A stretch of DNA of 63,993 nt, counting the filler, from Octopus bimaculoides (taxonomy: Eukaryota): NCBI RefSeq assembly GCF_001194135.2. It is 5 parts of 5 records of this genome, joined end to end, with 100 filler letters (N's around TTAATTAATTAA, not from the genome) between each part and the next. Parts side by side here need not be neighbours in the genome. Positions count along the whole stretch, not along the records: positions 1 to 26,127 come from NC_069006.1; 4 more parts are not named here. One strand, written 5' to 3'. How positions within the stretch are numbered: position 1 is the first letter of the stretch; every line of letters starts with the position of its first letter. This document shows, piece by piece, positions 1 through 12,059 of the stretch. The position numbers and the translations under genes are program-made. The notes under the pieces are model-generated. The model saw only the letters and a program-made list of their open reading frames with translations. It made no database searches and was not told where the DNA came from.

Positions 1-804
1 CCTCCTGAAACTGCTGGCCTCGTACCAAAAATGTGTAAGAATTATTATGCGAGCAAATTTTTCGGGGGAAAACTATAAATAAAAATTGGAGGAGGATGAA
101 CCGAAACTCCTAAGTATTATTTTCTTTTTGTTTTTGTTTTTGTTTTTAAATTTTATGAAAATAAACCTAATCTACATCCTCGATAACGTATCAGGAAATG
201 GTCATGGTCCAATCCGTTGTACTAGTAGTTAAGTTATGGTTAATCTAATTAATTACTAGTAAAATACAGAAAGCTTGAACAATAGAAAGAAATACAACAT
301 ACTACTTAATTAATATTTTGAATCAATTGAAAGATGACTTATTTTTTGTGTATTAAAACTAAATATATAAGAGAATGGAGTCTACAGTAACTGCACGATA
401 AAGTGAAGTATATTTGCCATTTTCAGTATAAGTTTTATAATGAAAGGAAATTTGACTGGCAACGTGGTATCCTATTTAGGGTAATAATGAAGCAATAGGA
501 ATTACCTCCCTTCAATCACGTCACGTTTATCTTTCTATAAATGAACTGTAATCAAAGATGTTCTAATTGTGGCCATCCGATCCATTATTCTGATATAATC
601 TAGCTAGAACTACGCTATCTTATGTGTCCTTCCATCTCTTAAATATAGGAGCTTGTGACTTGAGGGAAATTTGACAGCCATTGAGCACGCAACAACTCTC
701 TTCTTGACTGATATTAGTTTGTAGTAGCGGTGGAAATAGAATTCGTTCAACAATTGGTCAGCTCTGATCTAATAGAACGATAATTAAAAACAATTCAAAT
801 GTAA

Positions 805-1690
805 CCATCCAGTCTTTTTATTTAGACATAGTGTATCTAAGACTACATTATCTAATGGGCCCTCTTCTTGTTGTTTAACCATAGGGTCAACTCTGATCCA
901 ATAGGCCTATAACGAAAGACAATCCTGTTGTGGCCATCCAGTCTTTTATTTAGACATAGTGTATCTAAGACTACATTATCTAATGGGCCCTCTTCTTGTT
1001 GTTTAACCATAGGGTCAACTCTGATCCAGTAGGCCTATAACGAAAGACAATCCTGTTGTGGCCATCCAAGTCTTTTATTTAGACATAGTGTATCTAAGAC
1101 TACATTATCTAATGGGCCCTCTTCTTGTTGTTTAACCGTAGGGTCAACTCTGATCCAGTAGGCCTATAACGAAAGACAATCCTGNNNNNNNNNNNNNNNN
1201 NNNNNNNNNNNNNNNNNNNNNNNNNNNNNNNNNNNNNNNNNNNNNNNNNNNNNNNNNNNNNNNNNNNNNNNNNNNNNNNNNNNNNNNNNNNNNNNNNNNN
1301 NNNNNNNNNNNNNNNNNNNNNNNNNNNNNNNNNNNNNNNNNNNNNNNNNNNNNNNNNNNNNNNNNNNNNNNNNNNNNNNNNNNNNNNNNNNNNNNNNNNN
1401 NNNNNNNNNNNNNNNNNNNNNNTTTTATTTAGACATAGTGTATCTAAGACTACATTATCTAATGGGCCCTCTTCTTGTTGTTTAACCATAGGGTCAACTC
1501 TGATCCAGTAGGCCTATAACGAAAGACAATCCTGTTGTGGCCATCCAGTCTTTTATTTAGACATAGTGTATCTAAGACTACATTATCTAATGGGCCCTCT
1601 TCTTGTTGTTTAACTGTAGGGTCAACTCTGATCCAGTAGGCCTATAACGAAAGACAATCCTGTTGTGGCCATCCAGTCTTTTATTCATAC
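805..1690. repeat. 128-bp tandem repeat (satellite-like), interrupted by an N-gap
   Basis: Unit starts (CCATCCAGTCTTTT) at 805, 934, 1062, 1541 and 1669, giving periods of 128-129 bp. Units are near-identical and contain no variable spacers. Confidence 0.95.
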
Positions 1691-2609
1691 GTAAGAATAT
1701 CTAGGACTGTATTATCTAATGTGTCCTATGTTGTTGTTGTTGTTTTTGTTTAACCATAGGTCAGCTCTGATCCAACAGGCCTTTAATCAACCAAAGAGGT
1801 TCCAGCCGTGATCATCCCGTCTGTTAGGTTCATTAAAGGGTTATACTCACTGACTGAACTATCTAGCCTCAACATGTTGAGTTCAAACACAATCAAGGCA
1901 AACTTTACCTACCATCGGCGACGGAGGGAAAGAATTCAGTCCCAGATCTCTTCATGTTACTTCAGCTCTCCAGATTTGTGTCATTGTGGTGTTCAGCTAT
2001 AGATTTTGCCATTCGGTTTCAATTCTTAGTTGGACACACTTAATATGCATGACTAAAATTCTAGTAAAACTCTTGCTTCATCTTCCATTCCCTGCCTGCA
2101 ATCATCGTTCTTCATAAACTTGAACCAGCTAAAATGGGAACCTCTACTAGAAATAGCAGCCGAATCTACCTCAAACCTTAAAGAACTGATAGAAATACAG
2201 TGGATAATGCTGTTGTGGTTATGACTAGAACGTCTTTGGTCAAAGGTCTGTTCCAGGAGGGTTAACCTAAAGTTTAACAACTACAGCTACAACAAAATCT
2301 GTGATAAAAACAATTCAAATGTGACCATCCAGACTTTTATTCATACATAATACGTACTTTCAGTACCCAGGTACAAAAACATTCACTTATTCCCTCATGC
2401 ATCTTTATCAAATCATAAATGCTGCAACATCCTGTCTTTCCATCTCATGGAAGCAATACATCTTGGGTAATTATCCAACACTGATGAGGAATTTAACCCA
2501 GTTAAGAAACATTTATCTCCCTGGAGAAGAAGCCAGTCTATTTTACTCTGGTAGAATGTGAAGATGATAACTAAAACCAGCAAAGCATTTGTAGCTCACA
2601 GAAAATGAA

Positions 2610-4110
2610 TGTACCTTCACGTGGTACCTATTTGATAGTAGGCAGACTATCTAACCAAATGGGACTTATTTACAGTTAGATGGACTGTATGTACCACATG
2701 GTGCCTTTTTACAAACAGGTGGTTTATACCACCACATGGTACTTTTTTACACTTAGGTAGATTGTAGATATCACATGGTGACCTAATTACTGATAGATGG
2801 TATCCATTTACAGCTATGAGGTGGTATCAAAAAGTTCCCGGACTAGTAATGTTTAATGAAAAAATAACTGTTTTAACATCATCCCCTTCAAAATAGTCAC
2901 TTTGTGCAGCAATACACTGGTCCCATCATTCCTGCCACTTTTGGAATCCAGCCTGGAAGTTATTTTCCATAAGCGAGTCAAAGACCTTGATCTTGACAAC
3001 GGTGTTAAAACAGCAACCTTTCAGCTGCGTTTTCATCTTGGGAGAAGAGATGAGAGTTCACAGGTGCTAAATCTGGTGAACAGGGCAGGTGTAGAAGTGA
3101 TACCATATTGTTTTTGTCAAGAAATTCACAAGTGAGAAGAGTTTGGTGACAGGGTGCTTTGTCATCATGAAGAATTCAATTCTTTGCATTCCACAGATCT
3201 GGTCGCTTCCACCAAATGTCTTCCCTCAAACACTTCAAAACATCGTTAATTGTCTTCTGATGATTGTCATGAACAAGCTGATGAATTTTCTCCACATTTC
3301 CAGCAGTGATGCTTGTGGCAGGTGTCTTCCAGGGAGGTTCTTCTGCTCTTGAAGTGCCCGTGCCACTTGAAACAGTGCATACAACCCATTGCCTCTTTGC
3401 CATTAGCTTGCCAAATCATGCAGAATGTCTCCGTAGCAGACTTCCCAAGTTTAACACAAAACTTCAAGTTGGCTCTTTGTTCCAATCACAGACTACAGCA
3501 TGCATGCAATCACAAAAACACAAATTTCACAACTTGTGAAGTAAACACAGCAATGCTACTCGGCACACTACCTCATGAAGGTCACTGCTAGCTCTCACTG
3601 TGCACACAATCATGTGCTGTCATCAGTTGGCATGCTACAGAACTAGTCCAGGAACTTTTTGATACCACCTTGTAGATAGATTGTACCTCTACCTAGTACC
3701 TATTTACAGCTAGATAATTTATACCTTCACATGGTACCTGTTTACAATTAGGTGAACTAGAAATTATGCCAGAATAGACTATGGTACCTGGTGCAACTCC
3801 TGGCCTTGCCAGCTCCTGTCCAACTGTACAACCCTTACCAGCATGGAAAACAGGCATTAAATGATGATGATGATGAATAGGTACCATTCATCTTGATGAA
3901 TAGGTACCTGTAAATAGGTACCATTCACATGGTACCTATTTACAGTTAAGGTGATTGTACCTTTGAACTTGGTACCTATTAACAGCAAGATGGACCATAT
4001 CAATCCACATGGTACCTCTTCACAGCTAGGTGGGTTGTACCCACATTTGATACACATTTACAGCTAAGTGTACAGTACCTTCATATGGTACCTGTTGGCA
4101 GCCAAATAGA
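2610..4110. repeat. Degenerate ~38-bp minisatellite (CACATGGTACCTATTTACAGCTAGG...), split by a mariner insertion
   Basis: The CATGGTAC-like core recurs about every 38 bp at 2620-2780 and again at 3690-4100, on both sides of the 2815-3674 element. Confidence 0.8.
2815..3674 (-). mobile_element. Internally deleted mariner transposon with both TIRs and a TA target duplication
   Basis: Left TA-TGAGGTGGTATCAAAAAGTTCCCGGACTAGT; right ACTAGTCCAGGAACTTTTTGATACCACCTTG-TA. Minus-strand ORF MEQRANLKFCVKLGKSATETF... is a mariner transposase N-terminal HTH; frameshifted. Confidence 0.93.
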
Positions 4111-4349
4111 TTGTGCCACTCTTTGCTATCTCATAAATAATTCCCTGATATATTCACATAATCTTCCAAGAATTTCTTGTATCTTTTACCATTGTTAAGT
4201 CTCTCTCTTAGATTTCAGTGCTCTGTGAACAAGTAGGTTTGTTTTTCCTTCGGTTGTTTCATATTTTGGTAAACTTTATGTAAATCCCTCAGGAATTGCT
4301 TCTTGATATTCTCACATTCCTCATCCAACCACTACATTCTATCATTTAT

Positions 4350-4806
4350 CTTTTATTTGCTTCATTCATTGGTCTGTAGCCATGCTGGAGCACCACTTTC
4401 AAGGGTTTTAGTCAAACAGATCAACCCCAAGTACTTGTGTGTGTGTATTTGTTTGCTTTTCAAGTCTGATATTTATTCTAGTGGTCTCTTTTGCTGAACT
4501 GCTGAGTTATGGGGACATAAACAAACCAACACCAGTTTTCAAACAGTGGGCTGAGTTGAAAAACAAAGACACATACATGTGGGTGTGTGTGTATGTCTGT
4601 TTTTGTGTGTGTCTCTCTCTATATATATATATAATATACCATGAACTTCCAGGCAATTTCTGTCCACAAAATTCACTTACAAGACGTTGGTCAGACCCTG
4701 AGCTATAGTAAAAAATACTGGCCCGAGGTGCTGCACAGTGGGACTGAACTCGAAACCCACATCGTTGTTAAGCAAGTTTCTTAATCACACAGCCATGTCT
4801 GTGCCT
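4350..4806 (-). mobile_element. tRNA-derived SINE, family A (head ...GTGGTTAAGAAACTTGCT...GTTCAGTCCCAC; internal CA/TA microsatellite)
   Basis: A/B-box-like head on the minus strand; homologous to copies at 5315, 21468, 24405, 28990, 53285 and 62708. Confidence 0.85.
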
Positions 4807-5147
4807 ATTATTCATATTTCCCATTTATCTCTTTATATCTGTCAGTTGCTTGATATTTCGGTTGCACACTTTGTGAATCCCTGAGGAATACTTTCTCACT
4901 GTTTCTCACATTCCCCATTCAACCACTCTTCACATTTCCTTTTTTATCTCTCTATTTCTGTCAGTTCTTTAGATTTTTGGTCTTTGTCTTCATTTTATTC
5001 TTCTCTTTCTCATGTGAATATTTTATCTTATCAGTCAGTCTTGTATGTTACTTGCTCTAACTTATGATATTGTATTCTCTTCTGTTGTGTTTAGACACAC
5101 CTTGAGGCTTCTCCAATAGGTTACTACATTTGTTAGAACTTCCTGCA

Positions 5148-5193
<46 letters not shown>

Positions 5194-5314
5194 TAAGTCT
5201 CCTTTATGTTTTCTTCCCTGGTGTTTTGCTTTCTAAGAAGTTGTATGTTCAGCTTTGGTGATCATACAGAATTTGGGAGGTTTCTTTCCTCCTTTATTTT
5301 ACATTGTTTTTTGC

Positions 5315-5955
5315 TTTTTTTAGCCATGGACTGCAGCCATACTGGGGCATCACCTTGAAGGGTTTTAATGAACAAATTGACACTGGTACACAGTTTAAAG
5401 TCTGGCACTTATTCTTTCAATCGCTTTTGCTGAACTTACAAGTTAAGGCGATGTAAACAAAGTAACACCAGTTGTCAAGCTGTGTTGGGGAGAGACAAAT
5501 ACACACACACACACACATGCACACGTACATACGCACATACCCATACACAAGCACACACACATATGCATATGTGTACACTCTCACACACAATAGGCTTCTA
5601 CACAGTTTCTGTCAACCAAATTCACTCATTGGTTGGCCTGAGGCTATAGAAGAAGATACTTGTCCAAGGTGATGTGCAGTGGAGGCTGAATCCAAAACCA
5701 CATGGTTTAACCCTTTAGTGTTCACATTATTCTGCCAAAATTAATGCTTTTTTATCCACATTGTTTTGAACTAATCATGAATTACCTCGTAGCTATGAGA
5801 TTTTGATGAGCTAGCTGTTAATTTTTAAAACGATATTGTAGGGTTGGTGTGAGAGACCAGATCTGGCCAGTTTGAACATAAAACAGGCAGAATACTTTTG
5901 GCCGGTTTAAATGCTAAAGGGTTAAAAGTGAGTTTATTAACTACACATCGATGCC
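5315..5955 (-). mobile_element. SINE family A copy with a piggyBac-type MITE inserted in its head
   Basis: SINE body at 5315-5706; head remnant resumes after the MITE at about 5926-5955. Confidence 0.75.
5707..5925 (+). mobile_element. piggyBac-type MITE (TTAA target duplication)
   Basis: TTAA-CCCTTTAG...CTAAAGGG-TTAA termini. Confidence 0.85.
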
Positions 5956-6201
5956 AACGTCACAGTTAGATTGTAGTACTACTGTGTTCTGTTCCTGGAT
6001 AGTTTTTACAACTTTTAATCTGTGTTATTTTTCATTAACACAAAATCTGATTTTTTTAAGGATTTCTCTTGGCCTTTTCCATATCCATTTCCTGTGTTAA
6101 GAAATTTCATGTCTTTTTTTTTTTCAATTCTTGAAAGTTAAATACATCAGAAGAACTATATAATTGCACAAGAGATGAGCAGTTACAGATACAAAAGAAC
6201 T

Positions 6202-6428
6202 TTAACCCTTTAGTGTTTAAACTGACCATATCTGGCCCAAATGATCTACCTGTTTTATGTTAAAACTGCCCAGATTTGGTATCTCACACCAACCTATAAT
6301 GTCATTCTAAAAATAGGTGATGACATCATTGAAACCTTGAAGCTACGAAATAATGCATGATTAGCTTAAAACAATATGGATGAAGAAGTATTAAATTTGA
6401 TAGAATAATCTGAATGCTAACGGGTTAA
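6202..6428 (-). mobile_element. Second copy of the same piggyBac-type MITE, opposite orientation
   Basis: TTAA-CCCTTTAG...CTAACGGG-TTAA; interior is the diverged reverse complement of 5707-5925. Confidence 0.8.
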
Positions 6429-7015
6429 AGGCCTGCCAAAGTTAAAGACAGAACTCAAGCTAACACAGAAAATGATGAATGAGTGACTACAACATCCAAC
6501 TTTTGCTTAAGTGTACAGGGTGAATATGAAAATTACATGGAATATTCTTATAGAAACGATTGCGGTTCCATAATACTTTTTGTGAGGGAGTATTACAATC
6601 TTTCCCAGTCAACAACATACATTAGCTGTTATAGAAAGTAGTCATAAATTAACATAATTTGCATATTTGTAATGTCGATCTCCAAATTAACATGGAGGTT
6701 GTGCTAGAACACAGAATGCTGCATTATTTACCGTGAGAGGATTTCTCATAAGGACTTGTGGTGCATAAAAGCACTTAAAATTCTATTGTTGACTGATGAG
6801 AACCATCTGCTATGGTTGCCAGAGCTGCCAGATTACCCTGTTATGGGTTCTCAGTGACAGATGTCCAGCAGCGTGATAATAGCTGAATCTTCTATGCTTC
6901 TAACAGGTCCAGTGAAATGGTTCATTAGGAGACTGTCTTCCTCTTTTTCCCACACATCAGTCACATGGAAAGAAAGTGTTTACATCATGTGATACGTACA
7001 GTCCACCTAAGTGAA

Positions 7016-7130
7016 TAAAAAAGTACCATGTAGTGGTATAAACCACCTGTTTGTAAAAAGGCACCATGTGGTACATACAGTCCATCTAACTGTAAATAAG
7101 TCCCATTTGGTTAGATAGTCTGCCTACTAT
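7016..7130 (-). repeat. Inverted copy of 2635-2749
   Basis: Manual alignment gives 114/115 identity to the reverse complement of 2635-2749. Confidence 0.95.
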
Positions 7131-7526
7131 TAAATGCTTTGTAATATTTAAGGTTATTTCAGAGAGGGAAATGTATTCAGATTGACAAAATAGCTAGAAG
7201 CCTGCTCCGTAATGTCTATGAAATAGAGATGATTTCATTAAAAAAATTCCAACCCAATCTAAGTAACATCCCCCACTCCCAATTCCTGCTAAAAAAAAAA
7301 GTAACCCTGAAGTAGTAGGGGATTACAAAGAAATTATGAGAAACATTATAAAAGTCTTGTTGTGAGCCCTGCTGTTCAGTCCAGAAACAGAATTCCAACT
7401 AAAATGAATGTAAAATAAAAGGAGAAAACCCTTCAGAATACTATAAAATCACCAAAAGTTAAATATAATTCTTCTTTAAGAACAGAACATCTGACAAAAA
7501 TACACAATGGAAGTTTAAAATAGAGA

Positions 7527-7700
7527 TGAGGGTAGGATGAAAAGTTCATAGGCTGACTAAAAGGTGTGATGCAATCTTGCATACATTAGTAATGTATGCA
7601 ATTTTGCATACATTAGTTTCAACTCTTCTTATTAATAACCGTATTATTTCTTTTCAGGTAAACCGATATATAACGGTTCAAAGAAGACTTCAAAAGTAAC
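7527..7700 (+). mobile_element. Mariner-type MITE end
   Basis: TGAGGGTAGGATGAAAAGTTCATAGGCTGAC resembles a mariner TIR; the partner TIR was not found. Confidence 0.45.
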
Positions 7701-7729
7701 TAATAACTACTTCTCTGATACTGAGAGAC

Positions 7730-7960
7730 CTGACATAGACACCAAATGGAGAAACCACAAGGAGTGTATAAACACTGCAGCAGAGTATACGGAGATATCA
7801 GGTTGAGGGAAAAGGAATAGGTAAGGCTGTGTTTGGTGACAACCAGGAAACTGAATGGAAGAAGAAGCTGTGGATGACAGAGATGGAACATACTTGATAG
7901 CTTTATCAGCTGCCTTCATAAAGACCAGTTTTACTAAGTTGTGTGTGGGACGGGAGGGCA
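7730..7960 (+). mobile_element. Degraded LINE ORF2 fragment (EN-RT linker)
   Basis: Translates as DIDTKWRNHKECINTAAEY... with stops, resembling the LINE ORF2 linker. Confidence 0.4.
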
Positions 7961-7974
7961 TGGATGAAAAGCCA

Positions 7975-8170
7975 TGATTGCTGACACCTGCAAGTATTGC
8001 ACATGAAGAAGATGGAGCAACTGTACCTCTACATATTACGTCATTCCATCATTTTAACATCTGCTTTACAATGATTGTATGGGTTGAACAGAATTTGTGG
8101 AAACTGATTTTCTACAGCTGGATGCCCTTCCTGTTGTCAACTCTCACCTGTTTCCAGGTAAATTAATATT
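7975..8170 (-). mobile_element. SINE family C fragment (AGGAAGGGCATCCAGC core)
   Basis: GCTGGATGCCCTTCCT core is shared with 21800-22770. Confidence 0.6.
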
Positions 8171-8189
8171 TCCCCATAGTTGGATATTT

Positions 8190-8566
8190 TGTTGTTGGCA
8201 CTCCATCGCTTACGACGTCGAGGGTTCCAGTTGATCCAATCAACGGAACAGCCTGCTCGTTAAATTAACGTGCAAGTGGCTGAGCAGACACGTGTACCCT
8301 TAATGTAGTTCTCGGGGATATTCAGTGTGACAGTGTGACAAGGCTGACCCTTTGAATTACAGGCACAACAGAAACGGGAAGTAAGAGTGAGAGAAAGTTG
8401 TGGTGGAAGAGTACAGCAGGGTTCGTCACCATCACCTGCCGGAGCCTCATGGAGCTTCAGATGTTTTCGCTCAATAAACACTCACAATGCCCGGTCTGGG
8501 AATTGAAACCGCGATCCTATGACTACAAGTCCACTGCCCTAACCACTGGGCCATTGCGCCTCCACA
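8190..8566 (-). mobile_element. tRNA-derived SINE, family D
   Basis: Minus-strand head GGAGGCGCAATGGCCCAGTGGTTAGGG...GGTTTCAATTCC; 3' domain AGCAGGCTGTTCCGTTGATTGGATC shared with neighbouring copies. Confidence 0.85.
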
Positions 8567-8609
8567 TAGTTGGATATATTATCATAAAAAAAGATCAGAA
8601 ATGAAATAC

Positions 8610-9000
8610 TCTGCTTGTATGACAGTGACACTTGTTTACGACTATCATTCACTGTTAAGAAAAGGAGACACTAACTTATCTGGCTCTCCGTCAGTTATGA
8701 CAATAAATGTTCCAGTTGGTCCAATCAATGGAACAGCCTGCTCATGATATTAACGTGCAAATGGCTGAGTAATCCACAGACACAAGTATCCTTAATGTAG
8801 TTCTTAGGGAGATCCAGCATGACATAGAATGCGACAAGGCTGGGTCTTTGAATAACAGGTACAATCCTTTTTAGCCAGCCGAGTGGAATGGAGCAACATG
8901 AAATAAGTGTCTTGCTCAAGGACACAATGTGCCACCAAGAACTGAATTCACGACCTTATGATCATGAGCCGAAACCCTAACCACTAAGCCATGCACCTTC
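8610..9000 (-). mobile_element. SINE family D
   Basis: tRNA-like head at about 8950-9000; central TGTGTCCTTGAGCAAGACACTT domain; same 3' domain as neighbours. Confidence 0.85.
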
Positions 9001-9059
9001 ATTAGGCGACACTAACATGCACACCCACCCACCACACATGCACACACACACATATATAG

Positions 9060-9378
9060 TGAAGGCGCATGGCTTAGTGGTTAGGGCATTTGGATCATGA
9101 TCGTAAGGTCGTGGGTTCAATTCCGGGCAGCGCATTGTATCCTTGAGCAAGACACTTTATTTCACGTTGCTGCAGTCCACTCAGCTGGCAAAAATGAGTA
9201 GTACCTGTATTTCAAAGGGCCAGCCTTGTCACATTTTGTGTCACGCTGAATCTCCCTCAAAACTATGTTAGGGGTACATGTGTCTGTGGAGTGGTCAGTC
9301 ATTTGCACGTTGATTTCACGAGCAGGCTGTTCCGTTGATCGGATCAGCTGGGACCCTCGTCGTCGTAACCGACGGAGT
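9060..9378 (+). mobile_element. SINE family D, head-to-head with 8610-9000
   Basis: GGCGCATGGCTTAGTGGTTAGGG (A box) and GGTTCAATTCC (B box), followed by the same body. Confidence 0.88.
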
Positions 9379-10570
9379 GGTTGTCGAAAGGAGTGGTAAT
9401 TGTTGTATAGTTCAGCCCAGCTCGGCTGAAGCAGACCTATGATGAAAGACATTCCAACAATGACCAACACAATTATTTCAAAATGTTCTTTCATTTCTTT
9501 AAACTCTATGGGGTGTGATGTGATTCGAAGTATGTTTAGTTGCTATTTCTAGCAGGCCTAGCGATTGCACGGAGACTCCTTGGCTGGTAGGTGTAGATGC
9601 AGGGGAAGGGTGTTTATCCAGAATGGTGGTTAACAGAATTCAAGCAAATTTCTCAGTCCCTTCACTAAATTTCTGTTCAGCTCTCTTTTTCGTCAGATTT
9701 CTTGTTTCCTTTTTCCTGTCAACACTACATTACCATCACACGATGCTAGACCACACCTGGCCACCAGCACAAACTCTCTCTCTAGTTGTCAATCTCTCCA
9801 CACACACACACACACACATATGAAGGGATATTCCAAGGGGCTTTCCGTTTTCCTATGTGTTCGTTCCGTTGTCTGTAGTTTATTGTTCTAACGTCCTGTA
9901 CCCTGATATGCATGTATATACACATGTAGATGTAAGTATGTACATATATGTGTGTATACATGTATATATATTCTTTGTATTATTATATANNNNNNNNNNN
10001 NNNNNNNNNNNNNNNNNNNNNNNNNNNNNNNNNNNNNNNNNNNNNNNNNNNNNNNNNNNNNNNNNNNNNNNNNNNNNNNNNNNNNNNNNNNNNNNNNNNN
10101 NNNNNNNNNNNNNNNNNNNNNNNNNNNNNNNNNNNNNNNNNNNNNNNNNNNNNNNNNNNNNNNNNNNNNNNNNNNNNNNNNNNNNNNNNNNNNNNNNNNN
10201 NNNNNNNNNNNGTGAAAAGACCGGAAGAGGAGGTGGGGGAAAAGTTTATGGATACAGGGTGGGCCAAAAGATTTTTCATGATGATGATGATGATAACGAT
10301 GCTGTTTTGGTGCGTGACTTTTGGCCCGCCCTTTGTAAGTGTATGCATGCATGTATGTATGTATGTATGTATGTATGTATGTATGTATGTGTGGGGTATG
10401 TATAAATGTTCGTTTTTTTATGTGAAGTTATATATGAAAATAAATTTAACACTAAACTGAAGGATTATTCATGATTTCTCTTTTAGTAGAACACATATTT
10501 ATTAAACTGCTTTCTAGTAAAATTCTGGCAGTGACTGAAGTTTCAGCTTCCTTTCCCTTTGTATATATGT

Positions 10571-10795
10571 GAAGGCGGCGAGCTGGCAGAACCGTTAGCA
10601 CGACGGGCGAAATGCTTCGCGGTATTTCGTCTGCCGTTACGTTCTGAGTTCAAATTCCGCTGAGGTCGACTTTGCCTTTCATCTTTTCGGGGTCGATTAA
10701 ATAAGTACCAGTTACGCAATCGACTTAATCCCTTTGTCTGTCCTTGTTTGTACCCTCTGTGTTTAGCCCCCTTGTGGGCAATAAAGAAATAAATA
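10571..10795 (+). mobile_element. tRNA-derived SINE, family B (CORE/MIR-like)
   Basis: GGCGGCGAGCTGGCAG...GTTCTGAGTTCAAATTCC...GTCGACTTTGCCTTTCATC; further copies across the window. Confidence 0.85.
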
Positions 10796-10811
10796 TGCGT
10801 GTGTATGCGCG

Positions 10812-10852
<41 letters not shown>

Positions 10853-11322
10853 GCGAGTAAAAATAAATACAAAAAAGGTGGGCTTTTTTGTATGATTGTG
10901 TATAGAGGAATATATTATTTTGCTTAAAAGAGTTCCAACACTGTCTGTTTTTTATGTTTTATTTATATTCCTGCAGAACCAATGTNNNNNNNNNNNNNNN
11001 NNNNNNNNNNNNNNNNNNNNNNNNNNNNNNNNNNNNNNNNNNNNNNNNNNNNNNNNNNNNNNNNNNNNNNNNNNNNNNNNNNNNNNNNNNNNNNNNNNNN
11101 NNNNNNNNNNNNNNNNNNNNNNNNNNNNNNNNNNNNNNNNNNNNNNNNNNNNNNNNNNNNNNNNNNNNNNNNNNNNNNNNNNNNNNNNNNNNNNNNNNNN
11201 NNNNNNNNNNNNNNNNNNNNNNNNNNNNNNNNNNNNNNNNNNNNNNNNNNNNNNNNNNNNNNNNNNNNNNNNNNNNNNNNNNNNNNNNNNNNNNNNNNNN
11301 NNNNNNNNNNNNNNNNNNNNNN

Positions 11323-11358
<36 letters not shown>

Positions 11359-11600
11359 CACTCGCGGCCATGTGTAACGTTTTGTTCAACTTTTAAATGC
11401 CTCTAATCATACAAGCTGTTGCTCGGGTTCACGTAATCGTTCGTAGTGAAGGGGTCTTTTGTTTTCTTTGTTTAGATTTTACCCTCAATAAAATAGTATT
11501 TTATTCTACCTTTATACTATTTTCTCTACCTCGTTTCGTACCTATACATGTGTATGTGTGTGTGTGTACATACATATGTGTCACATATACATATATATAT

Positions 11601-11852
11601 ATCTTATGTTATTTACTTTGTCTTATATTATACTCATTTATTGTGCTTTTAATTGTTAATTTTTCTATATGTGACAGTGGATTTTCATCGATGAGTTCTT
11701 GAAACTTGGTTCTTTTCCCTAAAACTATATATTTATATATATATATTTAATCTATAAAGCTTAATTTAATTTTAATTTTTTATAAATTGATTTTAATTGA
11801 GTTTTTACCTGTAATTTTGGATTGTGTCCCTAATATTATATATATACATATG
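11601..11852 (+). repeat. AT-rich dispersed repeat, homologous to 63089-63318 (possibly a Penelope-like terminal region)
   Basis: Direct alignment by eye, roughly 85% identical. The family assignment is a guess. Confidence 0.7.
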
Positions 11853-12059
11853 TGTGTGTATATCATTAACTAAACGTAATACAAGAAGGAAAAAAAAATC
11901 ACTCAATACTTTAAAGCAGTACTCAAAAAAAAGAAGCATCCTCCTTCCCCACCCGTTTCTCAATGTCAGAGCTCACCTCTCTTCCCTTTCTTACGACATA
12001 CACCAACATCTTATTTTACAAATGTTAACTGAATTTTTTACTAGCAGACATCACAACTT

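Noticed and set aside
805-1690. CRISPR-like reading of the 128-bp array (and of the 31-bp array at 25739)
   Set aside because: No unique spacers, no cas genes, and a eukaryotic context.
2478-2515. CTGATGAGGAATTTAACCCAGTTAAGAAAC as a hammerhead
   Set aside because: There are five extra nt before the stem, and no helix I partner or NUH site.
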